Source: an uncultured Chloroflexia bacterium (GTDB taxonomy: Bacteria; Chloroflexota; Limnocylindria; Limnocylindrales; CSP1-4). Taken from it: 64,000 nt of DNA. Made by a program: the position numbers and the translations under genes. The stretch lies in contig CAWHHF010000022.1 of NCBI GenBank assembly GCA_963829105.1, positions 586,196 through 650,195 of the forward strand, given 5' to 3'. The notes under the pieces were generated by a model. That model searched no databases. It was given only the letters and a program-made list of their open reading frames with translations, and was not told the origin of the DNA. Numbering within the stretch: position 1 is the first letter of the stretch; the number at the start of each line of letters is the position of its first letter. Below, in pieces: positions 51,737-59,997 of the stretch.

Positions 51737-52523
51737 GGCCCGCCGCTTCAGCTTCTCGCGGAGCAGGAGTCGCGCGGGCAGCGCCCTCGTTTCGGGGCAG
51801 CCCCGGCGCCGGTGTCGACGATGGCGACGGCGTTGCGGTGGCGCCCGTGCCCGCAGTCGAACGTGGCCCGCGCACGGCCAGGGCCAGCCGGCCGATCATC
51901 GGCGCGCGCCCCGCGGGACGGCAGCCATCGGGAGGCCCGCCGTGCCGGATCCCGCCGCCGGCGACACGACCGCGCCCCAAATCATGACCGGGGCGTCGTT
52001 CGCGAGCCGCGGCATGGCGAAACGGACCGGCCCGCGGGAACGGGTGCGGTGGTTCGGCCCGGGGACGGTCGTCATCGGCGAGCCTCGCAGGGTGGATGGG
52101 ACGACCAGCCGGGATCCCGGTGGACGGTGCCGGCGGTCGATGGTGTCACCTCTCCTGTGCCGTCAGCCCGTGGAAAGGTTTCACCCCGTTCGCGGATTCC
52201 GGCGGCACACGGATCGAACGCCGGGACGGCCCGGACGCGACGCGATGCCGGGCGGGCCGGCCGCGCCCGCCTCGTCCTGATCCCGGCGTTGAGCGTTGCC
52301 GCGCGCCCACAGTCCACCCCTCCCGCTCCCATGCCGGACAGGATGACGGCGCGCCGCGCCGGGTGGTATGGCACGAATGGGGGAGTCATGCCCAGTCAAT
52401 CGGGTCGGCGCCCGGGGCTCAACCCGGCTCTGCCGACGACCCGCCTGTGCCGCCGCCTCGCACGGTCGACCGCTCAACTCGTATCCTTCGGTCGTGGCTG
52501 AAGCGGTGACCCCGGATCCCGCG

Positions 52524-53894
52524 ATGCATCGCAGGCGCATCCTCCTTCGCAGCCCGAAGGATCCGTTCGAGGTCGTGTCGCCGATGCGGGTGCTCCAGCG
52601 CAACCTCATCGGTGGCAATGCCGGGAACCTCCTGTTCCTGCAGGCGACCTGGAAGATCCTGGGCGCACCCGGCGTGGAGATCACTGCCGACCGGCTCGAG
52701 TTGAGCCCGGGCACCGCCGACGAGATCAACGAGCGCTACGACGCCTACGTCATCCCGCTCGCCAACGCGTTCCGGCTCAGCTACGAGTCGAACCTGATCC
52801 AGATGACCCAGCTGGTCAGGCGGCTGAAGATCCCGGTCGTGATCCTCGGCGTCGGGGCCCAGTCGAACACGGCGTACGAGCTGGACCGACTCAGGCCCAT
52901 CGAGCCCACCGTCCGTGCCTTCGTCTCGGCGGTGCTCGACCGGGCGCCTTCGATCGGCGTTCGCGGGGACTTGACCGACACGTACCTGCGCAGCCTGGGG
53001 TTCCGCGACGTGGAGGTGATCGGCTGTCCGTCCATGTTCCTGTACGGAGAGCACCTCCGGGTCGAGAAGCGGCACGCATCCCTCGACCGTGATGCCCGCA
53101 TCTCGATGAGCGTGTCGCCGTATGTGGCCTCGATGGGCAGCGTGGTCATGTCCCAGGTCGACCGGTACCCGAACCTGACCTACGTCGCCCAGGACCTGGA
53201 CACGCTGGCTCTCTTGCTGCTGGGGGAGTCCTCGAGGTCGATGGCCGAGATGAACCCGGTCCCGGTCCACCTGTCCCACCCGCTGTTCCGGCAGAACCGC
53301 GTCCGCTTCTACGTCGAGCCGTGGCCGTGGCTCGCCGACCTGCGGGCCGCGGACTTCGCGTTCGGGACCCGGATCCACGGCAACATCGCCGCCATCCTGG
53401 CCGGGACGCCCGCCTATGTCTTCGCCCACGACTCGCGGACGCTCGAGCTCGTGCGGTACTTCGGCATCCCGCACCGGCTCATGTCGGCGGTCCCCGGGGA
53501 CATCGATCCTGCCGTCCTGTACGAGGAGGCCGACTACACGGCACTGAACCTCGGTCACGCCGCCCGCTTCGCGACCTTTCGTGCCTACCTCGAGCGTCAC
53601 GGCCTGGCCGACGTGTTCACCGCGGGCGACGAGGGTCGCGCCTTCGACCAGCGCCTCGCAGGCACCGCCTTTCCGCCGGCGCTCGACGGCCGGTCCGCCG
53701 GAGCGGCCACCGGGGGCGTGCGGGCACGTGTCGGCCGAGCCCGCTACGGCCTTCGACGCGCCGTCCGCGCGCCGTGGGTCCGGGACGCGCGGACGGCCGC
53801 CCTTCGCCGGTTGACGGCGATGTCCCGCAGGCCGGCCGACCGCGACGGGTCGGGACGAGGCGAGACCGGCGGCGGGCCCGGCAAGCGCGAGTAA
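52524..53894 (+). CDS. polysaccharide pyruvyl transferase family protein
   Basis: ...NLIGGNAGNLLFLQATWKIL...VVILGVGAQS...IGVRGDLTDTYLRSLGF...FGTRIHGNIAAILAGTPAYVFAHDSRTLEL are pyruvyl-transferase (CsaB/WcaK-like) motifs. The start is uncertain (alternative 52584). Confidence 0.6.
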   Translation: MHRRRILLRSPKDPFEVVSPMRVLQRNLIGGNAGNLLFLQATWKILGAPGVEITADRLELSPGTADEINERYDAYVIPLANAFRLSYESNLIQMTQLVRRLKIPVVILGVGAQSNTAYELDRLRPIEPTVRAFVSAVLDRAPSIGVRGDLTDTYLRSLGFRDVEVIGCPSMFLYGEHLRVEKRHASLDRDARISMSVSPYVASMGSVVMSQVDRYPNLTYVAQDLDTLALLLLGESSRSMAEMNPVPVHLSHPLFRQNRVRFYVEPWPWLADLRAADFAFGTRIHGNIAAILAGTPAYVFAHDSRTLELVRYFGIPHRLMSAVPGDIDPAVLYEEADYTALNLGHAARFATFRAYLERHGLADVFTAGDEGRAFDQRLAGTAFPPALDGRSAGAATGGVRARVGRARYGLRRAVRAPWVRDARTAALRRLTAMSRRPADRDGSGRGETGGGPGKRE

Positions 53895-53908
53895 TCGCGG
53901 GCGGCCGT

Positions 53909-54955
53909 ATGGTGCGGTCCATGGAAACCGAGTCGGGGAGCAGCACCGTCTTGCCCTGGCGCCGGCCGGAGTGGCGGGCGGAGGCGGAGGCCTGGATCAG
54001 GAACGAGGTCCGGCGCCTCGGCCTCGTGGTGACCGGCGAGGTCGGGCAGCCGCACGTGGTCTGGTGGTCGACGGTCCTCCGGGTGCCGACGAGCCGCGAC
54101 ACGCTGTGGTTCAAGGCCACCCAGCCCGACGGCGCCCACGAGGCGCGGCTGGCCCCGCTCCTCGCTTCCCTGCGGCCGGCGGAGAGCGTCGAGATCGTCG
54201 CGCTCGACGCGGAACGTGGCTGGACCCTCGCGCGCGACGCCGGAGTCCGGCTGCGCGAGATCGGGGGCGACATTGCGCCCGTCGACCACTGGGCGAACCT
54301 CCTGCCGCGGTACGCCGAGCTCCAGATCGACCTGGCCGGGCGGCGCGACGAGCTGCTGGCGCTCGGCGTCCCCGACCTGCGCCTCGGCGTCCTGCCCGGC
54401 GCGCTGCGCGCGGTGCTCGGGGAGTCGGAGCTGCTCCGGCTCGATGCGACGGGCGGGCTGTCGACCGCGGAACGCGACCGGACCGTCGGGCAGCTGGCGG
54501 AGTTCGCCGGGCTCTGCCGGAGGCTCTCCGACTTCGGGATCCCGGAGACGCTCCAGCACGACGACCTGCACGACGGCAACGTGTTCGTGCGGGAAGGGCG
54601 CTACGTCCTGTTCGACTGGGGGGACAGCTGTGTCTCGCACCCGTTCCACACCCTGGCGGTGACGCTCCGGGCGCTCGCCCACCGCCACGGCTGGGCGCCG
54701 GGAGGGCAGGAGGTCGCCCGGCTGCGAGACGCCTACCTCGGACCATGGAGCAGGTGGGCTCCGCACGACGACCTCGTCGAGGCGGCCGGCCTCGCACTCC
54801 GCACGGGGACGATCCAGCGGGCGCTCAGCTGGCATCGCGTCCTCGCCGCGATGCCTCCCGCGGTTCGCGCCGGGCACGTGGACACGATCTCGTACGGCCT
54901 CCGGCTCTACCTGAAGGCCGGTCCGTTCGGGACCTGGGACGACGGCAGCTCCTAG
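53909..54955 (+). CDS. phosphotransferase (APH/choline kinase-like) family protein
   Basis: ...TLQHDDLHDGNVFVREGRYVLFDWGDSCVSHPFHTL is the Brenner/HxDxxxxN catalytic loop plus DWG (DFG-like). Confidence 0.7.
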   Translation: MVRSMETESGSSTVLPWRRPEWRAEAEAWIRNEVRRLGLVVTGEVGQPHVVWWSTVLRVPTSRDTLWFKATQPDGAHEARLAPLLASLRPAESVEIVALDAERGWTLARDAGVRLREIGGDIAPVDHWANLLPRYAELQIDLAGRRDELLALGVPDLRLGVLPGALRAVLGESELLRLDATGGLSTAERDRTVGQLAEFAGLCRRLSDFGIPETLQHDDLHDGNVFVREGRYVLFDWGDSCVSHPFHTLAVTLRALAHRHGWAPGGQEVARLRDAYLGPWSRWAPHDDLVEAAGLALRTGTIQRALSWHRVLAAMPPAVRAGHVDTISYGLRLYLKAGPFGTWDDGSS

Positions 54956-55243
54956 CCCGAGGTCCCGTCTTAGGTCCGGAGCACACCCTTCGTTGGACCG
55001 AGTTTCTTCGCCCAAGGGAAGAATTCTCAACCTGGAACCAACGCACAACCTTCTGGCGGACCCGCGGCGCAGCGCGCACACTGCGCCCCAAGGGCCGATG
55101 GGCCATCCGGCACGTCACGGGGGTGACATTCGGCCCTATCCACCAGACCACGCGGGTCAACCGCTGCCGGGTAGCGGAGTCAGTCGTCGGACGGCTCCAA
55201 GCCACCCGTGGACGCAGGCCCGTACAGGCAGGAGGGCCTACCC

Positions 55244-55600
55244 ATGGCTGAGTCCGGGTTGTTCATCGGCTGGGGCGACATCCGCGCGGACCGTACGACC
55301 GCCTCGAGCAAGGTGTTCGCGGAGGCGCTCGCCTATTGGCCGACGCTCCAGGCGGCGGGCGAGATCGAGAGTTACGAGACGGTCATCCTGACCGCCCACG
55401 GCGGCGACCTCGGCGGCTTCTTCCTGCTGCGCGGTGACCCCGAACGACTCGGACGCCTGAGCATGTCGCCTGAGTTCCTGCGGCTCATCCAGCGGGCCAA
55501 CGCGGTCGTCGAGGGCCTGGGCGTCATCCCTGCCAACCTCGACGCCGATGCCGTCCGGCTCGTTGGTGAGTCCTACGCGGTGACCGCCGACCTGGTCTGA
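55244..55600 (+). CDS. hypothetical protein
   Basis: 118 aa from MAESGLFIGWGDIRADR.... No recognisable motif. Confidence 0.35.
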   Translation: MAESGLFIGWGDIRADRTTASSKVFAEALAYWPTLQAAGEIESYETVILTAHGGDLGGFFLLRGDPERLGRLSMSPEFLRLIQRANAVVEGLGVIPANLDADAVRLVGESYAVTADLV

Positions 55601-55760
55601 CGCCGAACACCGCGTTGGCGTCATCCCGGCACGGGAGCCGCCCGGCGGCAACGAGGCCGGAGCGGTACGAGGGTTGTCAGGTTCCCGGGAGTGCATCCGT
55701 CGTCCTCGGCTCGAGCCAATGACGGCTCGGCCGACGCGACAGAAAGGGCAGTGTCCAGCA

Positions 55761-56306
55761 ATGACGAAGGTCATCGTCCAGCACCACGTTGCCGACTACA
55801 ACCGCTGGTATCCGGTGTTCACCGAGCACGAGGCGGTCCGCCGGCAGCACGGGGCGACGGGCCACTCGATCAGTCGCGAGGTGGCAGATCCGAACACGGT
55901 CGTGATCGTCAACGACTTCGCGACCCTGGAGGGTGCCAACGCGTTCAGCCGGGACCCGTCGCTCGCAGCGGCGATGGAGCAGGGAGGCGTCGACGGAGCC
56001 CCGCAGGTCTGGATCGCCAGGGAGGCCGAGGCAAGGCAGTACGGGGCAACGCTGGTCCTGCTCCACGACGTGGACGATGTTGACCACTGGCTCAGCTCGC
56101 CCCGCAGGGAGGAGCTGTTCGGCCCGCTCGGGATCACAGCCCGCACGTTCGTCGTGGACCGGACGAAGGGCAAGCGGGTGGGCCTCATCGTGGACGTCCC
56201 CAGCATGGACATCTTCCAGGATGTCCTGACGTCCGAGGCGGCAGCCGAGGCCATGAAGTACGACGGCGTCCATCCCGAGACGCTCGTGATCCTCACCGAG
56301 GCATAG
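55761..56306 (+). CDS. hypothetical protein with two tandem about 85-aa homologous halves
   Basis: MTKVIVQHHVADYNRWYPVFTEHEAVRRQHGATGHSISREVADPNTVVIVNDFATLEGANAF and ATLVLLHDVDDVDHWLSSPRREELFGPLGITARTFVVDRTKGKRVGLIVDVPSMDIFQDVLTS. Internal duplication. Confidence 0.5.
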   Translation: MTKVIVQHHVADYNRWYPVFTEHEAVRRQHGATGHSISREVADPNTVVIVNDFATLEGANAFSRDPSLAAAMEQGGVDGAPQVWIAREAEARQYGATLVLLHDVDDVDHWLSSPRREELFGPLGITARTFVVDRTKGKRVGLIVDVPSMDIFQDVLTSEAAAEAMKYDGVHPETLVILTEA

Positions 56307-56434
56307 CCGGGCCGAGGCTTCGACGTCGGCATGTTCAAGGTCGGCGAGGGCGGCGTTCGATGGCGGCCCTCGATGAGGTCTCGCGGCGCTGGGCTCTCGC
56401 CTGCGCCGCGAGAGCCAGTCCCGACAATGACCAG

Positions 56435-57049
56435 TCAGCTGTCGCCGCGCCCGTCGCGATCCGCCGACCCGCCCGGCTGGAGCCCCTCGGCCCGGTACAC
56501 CTCCTGCGTGAAGCCGTCGAGCAGCCGGCGTCCTCGGGCGAGCGCGTCCGCGGCCGGGCCACGGCCGGGTGCATCGAAGAAGTCGCGCTCCGTCAGGCGG
56601 GCGAACCAGCGTTGCAGCTTCTCCCAGTCCGCCTCGCCCTCCTCCAGCTCGGCGAACCGGAAGCGCTTCTTCCGCGTCTCCCGCCGGATCTCGTCCTCGA
56701 AGCTCTCGACGCTGTCGAGGATCTCCTCGTACTCGGCGTCGCGGGCCGTATTGAACCGGGCGACCAGTTCCGCCTCCCAGGCCGGCGTCGGCGACATGGT
56801 CTCGAGCAGCGAGGCCTCCCCGCCGGAGCCCCGGATCCGCTGCCCCAGCCGGTCGAGCTCGACCCGGAGCTCGGGCCGGTCGGGCAGGACGGCGGCCGCC
56901 TGCTGCAGGTAGACGGCGCCGAGCTGGCGGAGCTGCCGCCATACGTACGTCCGGTGACCGGAGGACTCGGCCTTGATGCGGTAGATGAGCAGCAGCCAGC
57001 GGCGGGCCTCGGCGGAACCCGGCGCCGTCCCGGAGTCGTTGCCCGTCAC
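56435..57049 (-). CDS. ChrB N-terminal domain-like protein
   Basis: WLLLIYRIKAESSGHRTYVWRQLRQLGAVYLQQAAAVLP resembles the ChrB_N motif (LxYRxPxEPSxxRxxVWRxLKxLGAxxLQ). Confidence 0.5.
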   Translation of the reverse strand: MTGNDSGTAPGSAEARRWLLLIYRIKAESSGHRTYVWRQLRQLGAVYLQQAAAVLPDRPELRVELDRLGQRIRGSGGEASLLETMSPTPAWEAELVARFNTARDAEYEEILDSVESFEDEIRRETRKKRFRFAELEEGEADWEKLQRWFARLTERDFFDAPGRGPAADALARGRRLLDGFTQEVYRAEGLQPGGSADRDGRGDS

Positions 57050-58737
57050 GTGCCCACGTCCCTCCTGCCCATGCCCCAGCTACCGATGACAAGGCCGCCC
57101 ACCGCGAGCACGAGACAGGCGATCATCCCGGCCCCGTCCCAGGCGCCGATCATCGGCTGCCCAAGGTGCGCCGTGAGCGCGAGCTGGTGGACCCAGTCGG
57201 GCAGGCGCAGGATCGGCGCGAGGAGGTCGACCAGGAAGGTCCCGATCGTGACCGCCAGGACGACGGGCATCGCGAGCGAGGCCCGGAACACCCCGCCGAC
57301 AGCCACACCGATCCCGGCCAGCGCGGCCGCGTAGGTCGCCAGCACCAGCGTGCCGACCGCCGGCGTGGCGGCACCCTGGCCCACCGAGGCCACGCCCACG
57401 CCGACGGCGACGGCCAGCAGCACCGTGACCAGCGCGATCGCCAGCCAGACCGCGATGCCGCTGGCTGCGGCCCAGCGCGCGCGCGTCAGCGGCGTCGCCA
57501 GCTGGAGCTCGAGCCTGCCCGAGGTTTCGTCCGAGGACCTGCCCGCGACGAACGTGGCCGTCGCCAGGCCGATGAGCACGAAGCCGATGTCGGCGAAGGC
57601 GAGCTGGAGGAACCCCGCGGCGGTCGTGAGGTCGATCCCGGGGATCAGCGTCCGGAAGATGCCGGCCATCGCGGGCGCGGCGGTGAGGCTGTCGAGCAGC
57701 GATTTCGACGCGGCGGCCATCACGATGCCGTAGACGCCGAGCCCGATGCCCCACGCCGTGGCGCTCGGCAGCAGGTCGCCGAACGAGCGGTCGAGCGGCC
57801 CGTGGACGCCGAGCAGCGCGCGGGGCAGGCCGGGCAGCGGCAGCGAGGTCGTCACGCCCACGTCGCGCCGCATGAACGCCACGACCCCGATCGCAACCAG
57901 GACCGCGGACACCAGCGCGGTCAAGGCGACCCCGGCCCACTCGTACTGTCCGGCGAGCGGCAGGTGATCCGCCGTCCAGGCGAACCAGCTCCCCCGCGAG
58001 AGCGTGTCGAACACGGGGACCACGCTCCGGTAGCTGCCGACGACGTAGCCGGCGACCAGCAGCGAGCCGGCGATCCCGGCAGCCGCGCCGCGGCCGAGGA
58101 ATGGCGCAACGGCGAAGGCGATCGAGCCGGCCATGAGCGCCCGGACGCCGACGCCGACGCCGAAGGCGGCTGCGGCGGCCGGCGAGATGGAATCCCCGGG
58201 GAAGGTGGCTCCGGCCACGCCGGTCAGCCAGGCGACGATCGCCACGGCGCCCATGGCAATCGCGAGCGCCGCCACATGCCCTGCGACCTTCTGGAGGGCG
58301 ATCGAGCGCCTCGCGTGGGGCGTCGCGACGGCGAAGTCCAGGCTGCCCCGCCGCGCCTCGCCGGCGAGGGTGGACGACAGCGCGAGGATGGACCACAGCC
58401 CGGCGAACAGCGCGAAGTACGCACCGTAGTGCCACGAGATGAACCCGCCCAGCGTGTCCACGTTGACCGGGTTCCCGTACATGCCACGCATCACCGGGGG
58501 CATGTCCCCCGACATCGCCGCGAGCTCCCGCCTCGCCTCGGCCGTGCCGTAGGTCGAGGACATCGTCATGCCGCCGGCCAGCGTCATCACGCCGAGGAGG
58601 GCGACGACGACGACGATCCCGAGGCGCGCGTCGCGCAGGCTCTTGCCGAAGATGCTCCCCAAGCCGAACAGCCGGCCGCGGAGCGCGATGTGAGCTGTGG
58701 ACGCCGACAGGGTGACGTCCCCGATCTCAACGGCCAT
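57046..58737 (-). CDS. ABC transporter permease (fused double ABC-2 type, about 12 TM)
   Basis: 563 aa, highly hydrophobic, two repeated 6-TM halves. Overlaps the upstream ATPase gene by 11 nt. Confidence 0.75.
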   Translation of the reverse strand: MAVEIGDVTLSASTAHIALRGRLFGLGSIFGKSLRDARLGIVVVVALLGVMTLAGGMTMSSTYGTAEARRELAAMSGDMPPVMRGMYGNPVNVDTLGGFISWHYGAYFALFAGLWSILALSSTLAGEARRGSLDFAVATPHARRSIALQKVAGHVAALAIAMGAVAIVAWLTGVAGATFPGDSISPAAAAAFGVGVGVRALMAGSIAFAVAPFLGRGAAAGIAGSLLVAGYVVGSYRSVVPVFDTLSRGSWFAWTADHLPLAGQYEWAGVALTALVSAVLVAIGVVAFMRRDVGVTTSLPLPGLPRALLGVHGPLDRSFGDLLPSATAWGIGLGVYGIVMAAASKSLLDSLTAAPAMAGIFRTLIPGIDLTTAAGFLQLAFADIGFVLIGLATATFVAGRSSDETSGRLELQLATPLTRARWAAASGIAVWLAIALVTVLLAVAVGVGVASVGQGAATPAVGTLVLATYAAALAGIGVAVGGVFRASLAMPVVLAVTIGTFLVDLLAPILRLPDWVHQLALTAHLGQPMIGAWDGAGMIACLVLAVGGLVIGSWGMGRRDVGT

Positions 58738-59638
58738 GGCTGGTCACCTCGACGGCCTCGCGGCCGTACTGGGCGAGGAAGGTCTGCTCGAGGCTCGGCT
58801 CGCGGGTCTCGAAGTCGACGAGGCCGCGGCCGGATGCTGCCTCGACGATGGGCGCCATCGAACCGGTGACACGCATCCGCAGTCCGCCGTCGATGACGAC
58901 CATGTCGCTCACACCCGGGAGGCCCGAGAACGCCGACACGGGGACGGGCGCCTCGAACCGGAGCTCGACCTCGTGGTGAGCGAGACCCCGGAGCGCTTCG
59001 ACGCGATCCACGGCAACCAGGCGGCCGTCGCGGATGATGGCCACCCGGTCGCACGTCTTCTCGACCTCGCCCAGGATGTGCGACGAGAGGAAGGCCGTGC
59101 GGCCCTCCGCGATCGTCTCGCGGAGGAGCTCGAAGAACGTCTGCTGCACGAGCGGATCGAGCCCGGACGTCGGCTCGTCAAGGACGATCAGGTCGGGGCG
59201 GTGCTGGAGCGCGATGACCAGGCCCACCTTCTGCTTGTTGCCCTTGGAGTACTCCCGGAACCGTCGCGATGGGTCGAGGTCGAAGCGCTCGACAAGGTCG
59301 GCCTGGTATCGCGGGTCCACGCCGCCGCGGAGGTTCCCGAAGTACTCGATCGTCTGGGCGCCCGTGAGCCGGTCGAAGAGGGCGAACTCGCCGGGGAGAT
59401 AGCCGACGCGGCGATGGATCGCGACAGGATCGGCGGTCGTCTCGATCCCGAACACGAAGGCGCGCCCCGATGTCGGCCGGAGGAGGTCGAGCAACAGGCG
59501 GATCATCGTGGTCTTCCCGGCCCCGTTGGGTCCGAGGAACCCGTACACCTCGCCTTCTTCGACGGCGAGGTCCACCTCCACGATCCCGCGGTGGGCTCCG
59601 TAGAACTTGGTGAGCTTCTCGGTCTCGATGACGTTCAT
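58727..59638 (-). CDS. ABC transporter ATP-binding protein
   Basis: MNVIETEKLTKFYG...[12 protein letters not shown] (Walker A), YSKGNKQKVGLVIAL (signature), LIVLDEPTSGLD (Walker B), SSHIL. Confidence 0.85.
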   Translation of the reverse strand: MNVIETEKLTKFYGAHRGIVEVDLAVEEGEVYGFLGPNGAGKTTMIRLLLDLLRPTSGRAFVFGIETTADPVAIHRRVGYLPGEFALFDRLTGAQTIEYFGNLRGGVDPRYQADLVERFDLDPSRRFREYSKGNKQKVGLVIALQHRPDLIVLDEPTSGLDPLVQQTFFELLRETIAEGRTAFLSSHILGEVEKTCDRVAIIRDGRLVAVDRVEALRGLAHHEVELRFEAPVPVSAFSGLPGVSDMVVIDGGLRMRVTGSMAPIVEAASGRGLVDFETREPSLEQTFLAQYGREAVEVTSHGR

Positions 59639-59997
59639 CCCGCTGCCCTCCTCGTGGGGCTGCGCATCCGCGGATCGAGCCACCTCGCAGGCGCAGGGCG
59701 TCCCTGGCTCGACCTCCTGGATGGCGCCAGTGGAGCCGATCGCGAAGGGGACGGCCAGAGGCACATCGGCCCGAGATGTGTGACGAACGTCACACGCCAT
59801 AGATGTCACATCAGAGGAGGTGCGCCGGAGCCCTGGACCCCAGCGCGAGCCGGTCGAGGTCGAGCCGGGGTCCGGCCGGTCGAGGCCACCGGGGCATAAT
59901 GGCGCGGTGCCCGGGTGGATCACCCGGATGATCGCGGTCCACGGGGCGCAGGAGCGCTCGCGGCCGGCCGGTCGCACATGCCAGCAGGAGTCGCGAC

